From: an uncultured delta proteobacterium
GTDB taxonomy: Bacteria; Desulfobacterota; Desulfobacteria; Desulfobacterales; QNYZ01
Assembly: GCA_963845145.1 (NCBI GenBank)
Contig: CAWJQU010000005.1
Span: forward strand, 128,001-192,000
DNA length: 64,000 nucleotides
Reading direction: 5' to 3'
The notes under the pieces were generated by a model. It searched no databases and was not told the DNA's origin. It worked only from the letters and a program-made list of their open reading frames with translations. Shown piece after piece: positions 31,764 through 41,833 of the stretch. How positions within the stretch are numbered: the first letter of the stretch is position 1; every line of letters starts with the position of its first letter. The translations under genes were made by a program, and so were the position numbers.

Positions 31764-33014
31764 ATGAATTTTTTTAAAGATCCCCAGCAGATACTTGACG
31801 AATCAACGCTTGTGAGCAGATTTATTGAGTATGTTAAAATCGATACGACATCGGACCATAAATCCACAACCTGCCCGAGTACTGAGCAACAGCTCGTTCT
31901 GTCCCGCAAACTGGTAGAAGAGCTCAAAACATTGGGACTCGAAGATGCTTCGTTGGATACTAATGGGTATGTCACCGGCACGCTTAAAGCAAACTGCCCC
32001 TGTGATGCGGTCATCGGGCTGATTGCCCATGTGGACACATCTTCGGCGGCCTCGGGAAAGAACATCTCCCCCGTACTTCATACGAACTACGACGGCTCCG
32101 AAATCCAACTCAAAGACGGTGTAAAAATTGGCCCCGATGATAATCCCAAACTGCTATCTTGCGTGGGGGATACCATTATCACCGCCGACGGGACAACATT
32201 ACTTGGGGCCGATGACAAAGCGGGCGTCGCGGAAATCATGACCGCCCTTGAATATTACCAGGCCCACCCGGAGGTGCCTCATCCGACGGTGAAGATCGGA
32301 TTTACACCGGACGAGGAGATCGGTCGGGGGGCAGACAAATTTCCCATCGAAACCTTTGGTGCAGATGTCGCATTCACGCTCGACGGGTCGTTTCCCGGAC
32401 AAATCAACATGGAGACATTCAACGCGGATTCCGCTTATGTCACGATAACTGGTGTCTCAACCCATCCGGGTACGGCAAAGAACAAACTCGTCAACGCCCT
32501 TCGCCACATGGGCAAATTCCTCGTTCGGCTTCCCCCGGAAATAAGCCCCGAATGCACCGACGGCAGGGAGGGCTTCATTCATCCAATGAACATCGAAGGC
32601 GATTCATCCAAGTCCAAGTGCCATTTGATATTGCGAGATTTCGATGAAAACAAACTGCGCGCACTGGGGCATCAGGTGAAAAAGCTCGCCGAGGTCATTA
32701 ACAAAGAGGAACCGCGACTCAAAGTCGACGTCGAAATCAAACGCTCTTATCCAAACATGTATTTGTTTTTAAAGAAAAAACCGGAAATCGCGGAACGAAT
32801 TGAGGAAGCCGTCCGACAGGCCGGATTGACACCGGAACTGATTCCCATTCGCGGCGGTACAGACGGTGCCAACTTGACCCGCAAGGGACTTCCCTGCCCA
32901 AATATTTTTACCGGGGGTATGAATTTTCACGGTCCAACGGAATGGATTTCCACCCGCGCCATGGGCTACGCTGTTTGCACCATACTCAACCTGATGACAC
33001 TCTACACCCGCTAA
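31764..33014 (+). CDS. pepT: Peptidase T (M20 tripeptide aminopeptidase)
   Basis: AHVDT, LGADDKAG, PDEEIGRG, IRGGTDG, NFHG. Confidence 0.95.
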   Translation: MNFFKDPQQILDESTLVSRFIEYVKIDTTSDHKSTTCPSTEQQLVLSRKLVEELKTLGLEDASLDTNGYVTGTLKANCPCDAVIGLIAHVDTSSAASGKNISPVLHTNYDGSEIQLKDGVKIGPDDNPKLLSCVGDTIITADGTTLLGADDKAGVAEIMTALEYYQAHPEVPHPTVKIGFTPDEEIGRGADKFPIETFGADVAFTLDGSFPGQINMETFNADSAYVTITGVSTHPGTAKNKLVNALRHMGKFLVRLPPEISPECTDGREGFIHPMNIEGDSSKSKCHLILRDFDENKLRALGHQVKKLAEVINKEEPRLKVDVEIKRSYPNMYLFLKKKPEIAERIEEAVRQAGLTPELIPIRGGTDGANLTRKGLPCPNIFTGGMNFHGPTEWISTRAMGYAVCTILNLMTLYTR

Positions 33015-33082
33015 ACAATGGCTGGGGGACAGGCACGTCAGGCGAATAAGCCACCGATAATGGTACACGATACCGCGCCATT

Positions 33083-34483
33083 TTAACGGGCTTGCCTGAG
33101 CTTGCGATTATGTATCTTTAAAAGATGATACAGGCCGGATCGAGAGATACCGGACAAGCGACAGGCTTGGGCCGCATCATGGCCACTGGCAACGATCAAT
33201 TCATCGAGATATTTGCCTACCATCATTTTTTGATATAATTTGTAAGGTACGATTTCGTTGGATGGGGGCGATGATTCCTGCTGGTCACGCAGATGGGTTT
33301 GAATAAATTTCACCCTGAGATCCAGCGGTAAAAAGTGCGGAAAAAGAACGGGCTCGCTGCCGGCACCAACGATGGCGGTATGCAGGGTATTGATGAGTTC
33401 CCTTACATTGCCCGGCCAGGCGTAACCTTTTAGGGCCTGAATAAAATCTTTGGAGATACCCTTTGTGTTGATCTGCATCTGATCGCACAGCTTGAACACA
33501 TAGTAACTGGCGAGCAGCTTGATATCTTCGCGGCGATCCCGCAATGCAGGTAACAGGATGTTAAAGGTAACCAGTCGAAAATAAAGATCCTTGCGGAACC
33601 GATTTTCGGCAACCATTTGCTTAAGATCTTTATTGGTAGCGGATACCAATCGAAAATCGCTGTCAACCTCAACTTTGGCGCCCAGCGGCCGAAATTGTTT
33701 TTCCTGCAGCACGCGCAACAAGGATTTCTGTGCCGAAGAATTCAAATCACCGACTTCATCCAAAAACAGGGTGCCCTTGTGTGCCTGCCGAATGAGGCCT
33801 TCTTTTTTTCTATCCGCCCCGGTGAAAACCCCCTTTTCATGCCCGAACAACAGGCTCTCCGATAGATTTTCCGGAATGTTGGTGCAATCCACGGCCACGA
33901 ATTGATGATCGGCCCGAGACGAATTCAGATGGACCGCCCGGGCAATCAACTCTTTCCCGGTTCCGGTTTCACCCTCAATAAAAACGCTCGCATCACTGGA
34001 GGCAGCTCTGGCGACAATTTCCAGGCACTCTTTCAATCTTAAATCGTTACCGACGATCCCCTCCCGATTCAGCATTTTTTGCTCTCGGAATTGAATCTTT
34101 TTTTCTCGAAATTTCAGGGCGCGTCCCAAAGTCAGCTTTATTTTACTGTAAGACGGCGGCTTCTCCAGATAATCCCATGCACCGGCTTTAAGTGCGATTT
34201 CTGCGCCGTGGGAGTCGCCATGACCGGTAATGATCATCACTTCCGGTTGAGAAGGCGCCTTTTTGAAACCGTCGATCCCCGTTAACCCGCTATCGTCCGG
34301 GAGGACCACATCCAAAAAGATGGCATCATAGTTGTCTTTATAGGCCATGGACAAACCCTGCTGCAGGCTATCCGCCAGCTTGCATACGTGCCCCAGCCCA
34401 CGAAGATACATTGCAAAGGGTGCACAAAAAATATCGTCATCATCTACAATCAGTATTTTGGGCAAATCATCTCTCCATTTCAT
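33083..34483 (-). CDS. Sigma-54-dependent response regulator
   Basis: REC, GETGTGKE, variant GVFTGA loop, FLDEVG, WPGNVREL, HTH. Confidence 0.93.
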   Translation of the reverse strand: MKWRDDLPKILIVDDDDIFCAPFAMYLRGLGHVCKLADSLQQGLSMAYKDNYDAIFLDVVLPDDSGLTGIDGFKKAPSQPEVMIITGHGDSHGAEIALKAGAWDYLEKPPSYSKIKLTLGRALKFREKKIQFREQKMLNREGIVGNDLRLKECLEIVARAASSDASVFIEGETGTGKELIARAVHLNSSRADHQFVAVDCTNIPENLSESLLFGHEKGVFTGADRKKEGLIRQAHKGTLFLDEVGDLNSSAQKSLLRVLQEKQFRPLGAKVEVDSDFRLVSATNKDLKQMVAENRFRKDLYFRLVTFNILLPALRDRREDIKLLASYYVFKLCDQMQINTKGISKDFIQALKGYAWPGNVRELINTLHTAIVGAGSEPVLFPHFLPLDLRVKFIQTHLRDQQESSPPSNEIVPYKLYQKMMVGKYLDELIVASGHDAAQACRLSGISRSGLYHLLKIHNRKLRQAR

Positions 34484-34575
34484 TATACAATATCATTGAG
34501 AAACCATCCGAACATGGGGGTATATCGAAATTCTTAGGTCTGCAGGTCCGGTATCATGCCACGACCCACCCGTTT

Positions 34576-34593
34576 TGTCCAATATTTTGGACA
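34576..34593. promoter_or_regulatory. Palindrome, candidate enhancer (UAS) for the divergent sigma-54 activator
   Basis: TGTCCAA-TATT-TTGGACA; related sites near 34614 (TGTTTCAATTTTTGACA) and 34679 (ATCCATTTTTTTGGAC). Confidence 0.5.
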
Positions 34594-34766
34594 TCGAAAA
34601 GCCAAGGCATGAATGTTTCAATTTTTGACAACTTATTGTTTTATTAACAAAAATAATCAAGTTACTATTTATAATAAAATCCATTTTTTTGGACGGATGG
34701 CGACCGACATCGTGCCAATATCGACTTTGATTGCATAACCTATTGAATTTTATATAATTAATGAAA

Positions 34767-34782
34767 TGGCACACATTTTGAT
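34767..34782 (+). promoter_or_regulatory. Candidate sigma-54 -24/-12 promoter for the Liv-type operon
   Basis: TGGCAC-ACATT-TTGAT (GA in place of GC at -12), downstream of an AT-rich tract and the UAS candidates. Confidence 0.5.
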
Positions 34783-34830
34783 AACAAGAGTGCTGTCGGC
34801 CCATATAAAAAGCGATTCTTTGGCAACCAA

Positions 34831-34872
34831 TGATCAAAACTTGGTGATCAAAACTTGGTGATCAAAATCTGG
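34831..34872 (+). repeat. 14-bp tandem repeat x3 followed by an inverted partial copy
   Basis: TGATCAAAACTTGG x2, TGATCAAAATCTGG, then CCAAGTTTTAGAT at 34882. Confidence 0.85.
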
Positions 34873-34955
34873 CGCCTCAAGCCAAGTTTTAGATACCGTT
34901 GTCGAAAAATTCGCTACGCAGTCAAGATTGACTACAAACGAAAGAAGGGAGAACG

Positions 34956-36182
34956 ATGATTATGAAACGATTTTGGAAATTATGTTTGGTTCTGGTTTCT
35001 GTTTTTTTGGTTTGCGGACTTGTGTCCGGGACATCAGTGTTTGCCGCAAAGGCCCTCAAGATTGGCATTGTGGACTGTTATTCCGGCCCACCGAGCACGT
35101 ATACCAATGATGTTCGAGATGCCTTTAAATTGGCCGTCGATAAGATCAATGCGTCCGGCGCACTTGGCCGTAAAATAGAGTTCGTTACCCGGGATAGTAA
35201 ATTCAAGGTGGATATCGGGCTGTCGGCGGCAAAGGAACTCATCATGCGGGAAAATGTGGACATCATGATGGGAACCATCAACTCCGGTTTGGCCCTGGCC
35301 ATCTCAGATCTCTGCAAGAAAGAGAAAATACCGTTTCTGGTCACCTTTTCAAAAAGTGCCAAAATTACCGGGGCCAAGGGACATCGCTATGTGTTTTCCC
35401 TAACCGAGAACAGCGCACTGGCCGGCAAAGCCATGGCGGAAAGCCTGGCCAAAAGACCCTTCATTAAATATTGGATTGGCGGGGATGATTATGAGTATGG
35501 CCACGCCATTGCCGACGCCACCTGGGAATATCTGAAAAAAATCAAGCCGGAAGTCCAACTTTTAGGACAATCCTGGTGGAAAGTACGGGAACCCGATTTT
35601 ACGCCCTATATCACCGCGATGTTGTCCGCCAAACCCGATGCAGTGATTATCGCCACAGGTGGGGCCGACTGCGTTCCCTTTCTGAAAGCCGCCAAAGCAA
35701 CCGGGTTCAACGAGAGAGTCCCTTTCATCATGCACACAGCCACAGAGCTTTCCACCCTTAAAGCCTTGGGGAAAAACGGACCCGAGGGTGTACTGGGAAC
35801 ATCCAACTACTTCCATTACTACCCGGATTCACCGGAAAACAAGGCGTTTGTTAAAGAATTTTCAGATGCCTACAATCGCCCGCCGGCTGTTGGTGCGCTC
35901 TATGGATACCTTGCGGCAAACTTTATTGAAAAAGCTTTCACTACCGCCAAATCATTCGATACGGAGAAATTCATTGATGCGTTAGAAGGTATGACCGTGG
36001 ACAGCCCGGTGGGTAAGGTCACCATGCGGGCCTTTGACCATCAGGCCGAACTGCCCATGTTTATGGGTGTAACCAAAAAATCACCTGACTATGACTATTT
36101 GATTGCGGACGACATCATCGTCATTCCGGGTGCAGAAGCCATGCCCCCCATAGACGACATCAAAGCTGCGCGAAAAAAGTAA
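34956..36182 (+). CDS. ABC transporter substrate-binding protein (LivJ/LivK family)
   Basis: Signal peptide, INASGALGRKIEFVTRD, DYEYG, DFTPYI; first gene of a Liv-type operon. Confidence 0.92.
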   Translation: MIMKRFWKLCLVLVSVFLVCGLVSGTSVFAAKALKIGIVDCYSGPPSTYTNDVRDAFKLAVDKINASGALGRKIEFVTRDSKFKVDIGLSAAKELIMRENVDIMMGTINSGLALAISDLCKKEKIPFLVTFSKSAKITGAKGHRYVFSLTENSALAGKAMAESLAKRPFIKYWIGGDDYEYGHAIADATWEYLKKIKPEVQLLGQSWWKVREPDFTPYITAMLSAKPDAVIIATGGADCVPFLKAAKATGFNERVPFIMHTATELSTLKALGKNGPEGVLGTSNYFHYYPDSPENKAFVKEFSDAYNRPPAVGALYGYLAANFIEKAFTTAKSFDTEKFIDALEGMTVDSPVGKVTMRAFDHQAELPMFMGVTKKSPDYDYLIADDIIVIPGAEAMPPIDDIKAARKK

Positions 36183-36258
36183 TTTAGACCTGTGATTCGT
36201 CTCTAAAGAGGCTATCATTGAAACCCAAGGCAAATTGCTCAACGATATCCTCCCGTCC

Positions 36259-36302
36259 GCAGATAGCTGTGGGGCTCTATGATGGGCCCCGCATCTGTCT
36301 GC
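36259..36302 (+). other. Intercistronic stem-loop after the binding-protein gene (mRNA stabiliser or attenuator)
   Basis: GCAGATAGCTGTGGGGCTC-TATGAT-GGGCCCCGCATCTGTCTGC. Confidence 0.6.
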
Positions 36303-36334
36303 CTGATAAGAATTTTCGTCGATAAGGTGTCACA

Positions 36335-37231
36335 ATGGAGATACTATCCCATATTTCACCGGCTGCTTTAGGCCAGCAATTGCTGGTGGGACTCAGCCGG
36401 ACAACTATTTTATTCATCGTAGCCTCCGGCTTGAGCCTGGTTCTCGGCGTATTGCGGATACCCAATGTTGCCCATGGGTCGCTTTATATGATCGGGGCTT
36501 TTTTGGCCTATACCATTGCCACCGCCGCAGGCGGGGGTACTTTGGGATTTTGGCTGGCCCTGATATTTGCGCCCGTCGGCGTGGCGTTAATCAGCCTGGC
36601 CGTTGAACGCGGTCTTTTCTGTCGACTTTACGAGCGGGAACATTTGATGCTGCTCTTGTTTACCTTTTCCTTTACGCTGGTTTTCGGCGATCTGGTAAAA
36701 TTGATTTGGGGGTCCGACTACCGGTCCCTGGATGCGCCCCTGTCCCTGCAAGGTTCTTTTGACATTTTCGGCTCGCCTTTTCCCAAATACAATCTATTCC
36801 TACTGATCGTCGGCCCCCTTGTTGCGCTCGGATTATGGTGGCTCACCAATAAAACCAAAATCGGAAAAATATCCAAGGCTGCGGCAGTGGATCGTGAGAT
36901 GGTGGCCGCCGTGGGAATAAATGTGAGTTGGGTATTTGCATCCGTTTTTGTCATTGGGTGTTTCCTGGCCGGATTGGGTGGTGCGCTAGTCGCACCGACC
37001 CAAAACATTACACAAGGCATGGACCACGCCATTATTATCGAAGCCTTTCTCATCGTCATCATCGGAGGTCTGGGGAATATCTGGGGTGCCCTGTTAGGCG
37101 CTCTCATTTTTGGTTTAACCGATGCCCTCGGAATATTGATTATCCCCCAATTTGCCATTGTATTTCCGTATGTAGCTGTCGTGACCGTACTTATTTTGAA
37201 ACCAAAAGGGTTGTTAAAATCGGTATGGTAA
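36335..37231 (+). CDS. livH: Branched-chain amino acid-type ABC permease (LivH-like)
   Basis: SGLSLVLG, NVAHG, IIGGLG, KPKGL. Confidence 0.9.
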   Translation: MEILSHISPAALGQQLLVGLSRTTILFIVASGLSLVLGVLRIPNVAHGSLYMIGAFLAYTIATAAGGGTLGFWLALIFAPVGVALISLAVERGLFCRLYEREHLMLLLFTFSFTLVFGDLVKLIWGSDYRSLDAPLSLQGSFDIFGSPFPKYNLFLLIVGPLVALGLWWLTNKTKIGKISKAAAVDREMVAAVGINVSWVFASVFVIGCFLAGLGGALVAPTQNITQGMDHAIIIEAFLIVIIGGLGNIWGALLGALIFGLTDALGILIIPQFAIVFPYVAVVTVLILKPKGLLKSVW

Positions 37232-37249
37232 ACAAAGGAGTGGATTATT

Positions 37250-38236
37250 TTGATCGATTCTAAGAATTCGGACCGAAAAAAAATCATCTGGGCCATTGTG
37301 GGTGTGGGCTTGTTGTTTATCCTCCCCAGCTTTCTATCCAGATTTTCAATTTATCTGATGGCCTTGATATTTACGACCGGACTGCTGGCTACCAGTTTGA
37401 ACTTGGTTCTCGGTTTCGGAGGCATGTATCAATTCCATCATGCTGTCTTCTACGGTACCGGAGCATACACCGTCGCCCTTTTCTTAACCAAGACCAGTTT
37501 GCCGGGATGGGTGGCATTTGTCTGCGCCCCAATATCGGCCGCCTTATTGAGCCTTTTATTCGGACTGATTTGCGTCAGATTGTCCAATCTGTATTTCGGT
37601 ATGTTTCAGCTTTCACTAGGGTCATTGGTCTGGGCCATTGTCTATCGATGGTACGACTTTACCCATGGTGACGACGGCATTCACGGTATCCCAGCGCCGG
37701 ATCTCATCGCCTCAGGTAAAAACGCCTACTTTTTTACGCTGATCATACTGGTGGTCAGCCTGTTTATTATGTACCGCATTGTCCATTCACCGTTCGGCCG
37801 AATCTTTTTAAGCGTACGGGACAATCCCGAGCGAAGTCAGGCCGTCGGTGTCAATGTACGGAAACATCAATTAATCGGGATGATCATAGCGGGATTTTTT
37901 GCGGGTGTGGCCGGTTCGTTATTCGTGGTGGTGGAGGGATCGGTATTTCCCGAGTTGCTGTTTTGGACACTCTCTCTGGAAGTATTGATTATGTGTCTTT
38001 TGGGGGGATGGTTTACTTTTTTAGGGCCGCTTCTCGGTGCCGCCATTATCGTTCTGCTGCGCACATTTGTCGGTATTTACACGGAATACTGGACACTTGT
38101 GCTGGGGATAGTGCTGATGCTGTTAATTTTCTTTCTCCCCGAAGGGGTGCTTGGGTATGCCGTTGAGAAATATCGCGCCAAACGAAATCCCAATTTCAGA
38201 ACCGATATTGAGACCCATAACGATAAAGGATTATAA
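37250..38236 (+). CDS. livM: Branched-chain amino acid-type ABC permease (LivM-like)
   Basis: SLNLVLG, THGDDG, SPFGR, RDN, LPEG. Confidence 0.9.
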   Translation: MIDSKNSDRKKIIWAIVGVGLLFILPSFLSRFSIYLMALIFTTGLLATSLNLVLGFGGMYQFHHAVFYGTGAYTVALFLTKTSLPGWVAFVCAPISAALLSLLFGLICVRLSNLYFGMFQLSLGSLVWAIVYRWYDFTHGDDGIHGIPAPDLIASGKNAYFFTLIILVVSLFIMYRIVHSPFGRIFLSVRDNPERSQAVGVNVRKHQLIGMIIAGFFAGVAGSLFVVVEGSVFPELLFWTLSLEVLIMCLLGGWFTFLGPLLGAAIIVLLRTFVGIYTEYWTLVLGIVLMLLIFFLPEGVLGYAVEKYRAKRNPNFRTDIETHNDKGL

Positions 38237-38986
38237 ATGCTCTATGTCGAATCGCTGACCAAGAACTTTGATGGTTTCATGGCTGTAAACGGTGCCAATC
38301 TGGCATTGGAAGAAGGCCAGATCATCGCCGTTATCGGACCCAACGGGGCCGGCAAGACCACCCTGTTTAACCTGATCACCGGCCAATTGGTGCCATCCGG
38401 AGGAAAAATCCAATTCAAGGGTGAGGATATAACCGGCGTCGCCCCGCATTTGATTGTTAGAAAGGGATTATGTCGGTCTTACCAGGTCGTGAATATTTTC
38501 AACCGCTTGTCTGTTTTCGAGAATGTCCAGATTGCAATATTGTCCCGTCGCAAAAAGACCTTCAACCTGTTCGGTAATGCAAGCCGAATGGCTGTAAATG
38601 AAACCAACCAAATCCTTGAAAGCGTCGGATTAAAAAGCAAGGCCCACTTAATCAGTGGATCGCTGTCCCACGGTGACCAGAAAGTGTTGGAAATTGCCAT
38701 ATCGCTGGGTAACCGACCGGAACTTTTAATCATGGATGAACCAACGGCCGGCATGTCGCCGGAAGAAACCGAGGTCACGTTGGCGTTAATGCGAAAACTT
38801 TCCGGAGAGATGGGCCTGACCATCCTTTTTTGTGAACACGATATGACGATGGTTTTTGCGATTGCCCATGAAATCATGGTTATGCAACAGGGACAATCGC
38901 TCATTCAGGGGACGCCCGATGAGGTTCGAAACAGCAAGCAGGTTCAGGACGCGTACCTGGGAGGTGAAGATATATGCTACGTTTAG
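38237..38986 (+). CDS. livG: ABC ATP-binding protein (LivG-like)
   Basis: GPNGAGKTT, LSHG, DEPTAGM, EHDM, AYLG. Confidence 0.93.
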   Translation: MLYVESLTKNFDGFMAVNGANLALEEGQIIAVIGPNGAGKTTLFNLITGQLVPSGGKIQFKGEDITGVAPHLIVRKGLCRSYQVVNIFNRLSVFENVQIAILSRRKKTFNLFGNASRMAVNETNQILESVGLKSKAHLISGSLSHGDQKVLEIAISLGNRPELLIMDEPTAGMSPEETEVTLALMRKLSGEMGLTILFCEHDMTMVFAIAHEIMVMQQGQSLIQGTPDEVRNSKQVQDAYLGGEDICYV

Positions 38987-39672
38987 AGAAGATTCATACC
39001 TACTATGGCCTTAGCCATATATTGTTTGATGTGTCCATTACCGTGAACGAGGGTGAGATAGTTTGCCTTTTGGGACGAAATGGCGCCGGAAAAAGCACAA
39101 CCATGCGTAGCATCATAGGCCTGACACCGCCCAAATCCGGAACCGTTACATATAAGGATGCCGATATCACCGGGGAGAAAACCCACCTTAGAGTCAGACG
39201 CGGCATCGCCTATGTACCCGATGATCGTCGGGTATTTGCCGACTTGACCGTAGAGGAAAATCTTGAGATATCGGCACGCGCTGCAAAAACGGACCAAGGC
39301 TGGGACGCTGACCGGGTCTATCGCTTTTTCCCTGCCCTGGAAAAAATAAAAACCCGCCGGTCCGGGCATTTGAGCGGCGGTGAACAGCAGATGCTTACCA
39401 TTGGGAGAGCCCTGATGACCAACCCGGATTTTCTTCTTTTGGACGAACCCACCGAGGGGCTGGCCCCATTGGTCGTCAAAATGCTGGCCGAACAGATTGC
39501 CCGCTTAAGAGATACGGGTTTAACGGTGCTTCTGGCTGAGCAAAACCAGGATGTGGCGTTGGGTTTGAGCAACCGGGTATATGTCATCGACAATGGTTCC
39601 ATCAAATATACCGGGACGGTGGATGAACTAAAGGCTAATGAGGAAATCCGGAAAAAATATCTCTGCGTTTGA
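38974..39672 (+). CDS. livF: ABC ATP-binding protein (LivF-like)
   Basis: GRNGAGKST, LSGGEQQML, DEPTEGLAP, EQN. Confidence 0.93.
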   Translation: MLRLEKIHTYYGLSHILFDVSITVNEGEIVCLLGRNGAGKSTTMRSIIGLTPPKSGTVTYKDADITGEKTHLRVRRGIAYVPDDRRVFADLTVEENLEISARAAKTDQGWDADRVYRFFPALEKIKTRRSGHLSGGEQQMLTIGRALMTNPDFLLLDEPTEGLAPLVVKMLAEQIARLRDTGLTVLLAEQNQDVALGLSNRVYVIDNGSIKYTGTVDELKANEEIRKKYLCV

Positions 39673-39861
39673 TTGGGGTACCATTTCAAAAGTACGCCAC
39701 CAATGTACTAAGCCTTAAAAATACCCGACAAACGTACCGAAATGCCCATCGGGCCGAATCCCTTGCAGCCCCCTTTTTAGTTGCATAAAATTCCATATCG
39801 AATATATTTACCAAACCCCTTATCAAAATGGGATCGAAACCAATCTCTACGGAAAACCGAT

Positions 39862-40005
39862 TACAAGGTATCTCAAAATAAATGTTAGTGTTCTTGGCAA
39901 GGCGCAAAACGGTGAAAAAGCGGAGCATACACGTAGTATGTGAGCATTTTGAACCGTTTTGCAACGCCGCCAGGGGCGCTTAGATTTTTTTTGAGATACC
40001 TTGTA
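39862..40005. repeat. 144-bp nested palindromic element (MITE/REP-like)
   Basis: 17-bp perfect terminal IR TACAAGGTATCTCAAAA / TTTTGAGATACCTTGTA; inner GCAAAACGGT/ACCGTTTTGC; central CATAC-ACGTA-GTATG. Confidence 0.8.
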
Positions 40006-40086
40006 GAGACCCCTTGGTCTTCGTTTTGTTTTTAGGTTTTTGATTGGTATTAGGGCTGATTCACCGTGAATATAGGGTGTACCGCC

Positions 40087-41076
40087 ATGACATTACCTCG
40101 CAACTTGCTCTGTTGCCTGTTTCTATTATGCCTCCTTCTTCCAGCATCCGCCGGGGCTGTGAATCGTGTATTACTGGTCCACAGCTACCACGAGGGATAC
40201 CCTCATGCAGATGATATCACTCTGGGGGTGAGAGGTGGTTTGTCTGGGGAGGCAATTGAGCTGACTATTTTCTACATGGATACAAAGCGGAACCCGGCCC
40301 CTCTCTCCAAAAAAAAAGCAGGGCGTTTGGCTATTGCTGCGGCCCACAAAATAGATCCGGACGTTATCATCACTGCGGATGACAATGCCCAAGATTATGT
40401 TGCCAAGGCGTTTCTCGGCAAAAAACGCCCACAGGTAGTGTTTTGCGGAGTCAACGCTGACCCCGCCCTCTATGGGTTCCCAGCATCAAACGCAACCGGT
40501 ATTGTAGAGCGACCCCATTTTATCCAATCATTTGAAATGCTTCAGGTTATTGATCCCAAAGTACGAACCGTCGCAATCATTACGGATGACAGCACTACGT
40601 CGGATCAATTGATCAAGGATATCAAATCGAAAGATCTGCCACTCAAAATAACAGCCATTGTCCAACCATCCACCTTTTTACAATGGAAGCAGCGCATTCA
40701 GGAATTCCAACAATCCGCGGATGCCATCTGCATTATTGTCTATCATACCGTTAAAGCAAAGGCTGGTGGCGAAACCATTATGTCACCCCAAGAAGTCATG
40801 GCATGGACCGTGGAAAATAATTCCAAACCACTCTTTTCTGTAGCATCCTTCAGTGTGGAAGAAGGTGCCCTGTTCGGTGTTGTCAACAGTGGTCACGAAC
40901 AAGGAGCGGCTGCCGCAAAGATGACACGGTTACTCCTGAAGGGCGAAAAAGCGGAAAATATCCCCATTGCCTACCCTAAAAAGGGAGCCGTTTTTCTCAA
41001 CATAAAAACCGCCGAAAAAATGGGGTACGACATTCCCTACCATATCATTCAGTCTACCGATAAAATATTTGAGTAA
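40087..41076 (+). CDS. Stand-alone ABC-type substrate-binding protein (ABC_sub_bind-like)
   Basis: Signal peptide, VLLVHSYH, YMDTKR, DDNA, VFCGVN, NIKTAEKMG; ATG 40087 or GTG 40066. Confidence 0.8.
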   Translation: MTLPRNLLCCLFLLCLLLPASAGAVNRVLLVHSYHEGYPHADDITLGVRGGLSGEAIELTIFYMDTKRNPAPLSKKKAGRLAIAAAHKIDPDVIITADDNAQDYVAKAFLGKKRPQVVFCGVNADPALYGFPASNATGIVERPHFIQSFEMLQVIDPKVRTVAIITDDSTTSDQLIKDIKSKDLPLKITAIVQPSTFLQWKQRIQEFQQSADAICIIVYHTVKAKAGGETIMSPQEVMAWTVENNSKPLFSVASFSVEEGALFGVVNSGHEQGAAAAKMTRLLLKGEKAENIPIAYPKKGAVFLNIKTAEKMGYDIPYHIIQSTDKIFE

Positions 41077-41088
41077 TAAGATGAACCC

Positions 41089-41793
41089 ATGAAAAAATTG
41101 GGCGATGAATATAAGATTGGCCTGGTTTTGCTTTCATCCGATTTGAAAGTAGTCGGTTTAAATCTATATGCTAAAGAGGTTTTGGGTCCTCGTTTTGGCA
41201 CCTTGGGAAAATCAATCTACAGCTATCACCCCAAAAGCAGCCATAAGGTATTGCGTTCGATTCTGCGCAACAATCGAAAAACCGGGCAGGATGCACCCCT
41301 TTTAAAAATTATCGATGTTATGGGCAAAATACTCCTTATTAACTTCGGACACCTCGAAATAGCCGATAGTTATCAGGAGCCGTCACGCTTCATGACCTTC
41401 ATCGATGCCACACTGCAAACGGATGCCCGTACCAACCCTGAAAGCGGATTGGTCGAATTTAATAAATTTCCGGTGACGCATCGGGGTGCTCATATCTTTT
41501 TGGATTCCGATGATATCTATCTCTTTGAGTCGGATGGGAATTATTGTCATCTATTCACCGCTGACCGTTCTTATCATGTCCAAATTACGTTAAAAACGAT
41601 TTTGAAACGGTATACCGGCGCCCATTTTTTTCAGGTCCATAAGAGCTATATCGCCAACCTCAACAAGATTAAAAAGCTACAATTATCTTCCCACAATAAG
41701 GCGTCTATTGCATTCACACATCCAGAGATCCCTTCAGTACCTGTAGCCCGAAGAAGGATTCAATTGTTAAAACAGGCGTTGAATCTAAATTAA
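41089..41793 (+). CDS. rcoM: PAS-LytTR transcription regulator, RcoM-like (putative CO sensor)
   Basis: N-terminal PAS with YHPKSS; C-terminal LytTR (ESDGNYC, FFQVHKSYIANL, VPVARRR); directly upstream of the CODH operon. Confidence 0.75.
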   Translation: MKKLGDEYKIGLVLLSSDLKVVGLNLYAKEVLGPRFGTLGKSIYSYHPKSSHKVLRSILRNNRKTGQDAPLLKIIDVMGKILLINFGHLEIADSYQEPSRFMTFIDATLQTDARTNPESGLVEFNKFPVTHRGAHIFLDSDDIYLFESDGNYCHLFTADRSYHVQITLKTILKRYTGAHFFQVHKSYIANLNKIKKLQLSSHNKASIAFTHPEIPSVPVARRRIQLLKQALNLN

Positions 41794-41833
41794 CCTTCAT
41801 TCTTTTCTGACTATTTGAATTTTAATCGCAACA

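Noticed and set aside
34831..34872. CRISPR array
   Set aside because: Repeats are 14 bp, directly adjacent with no spacers, and no cas genes are present
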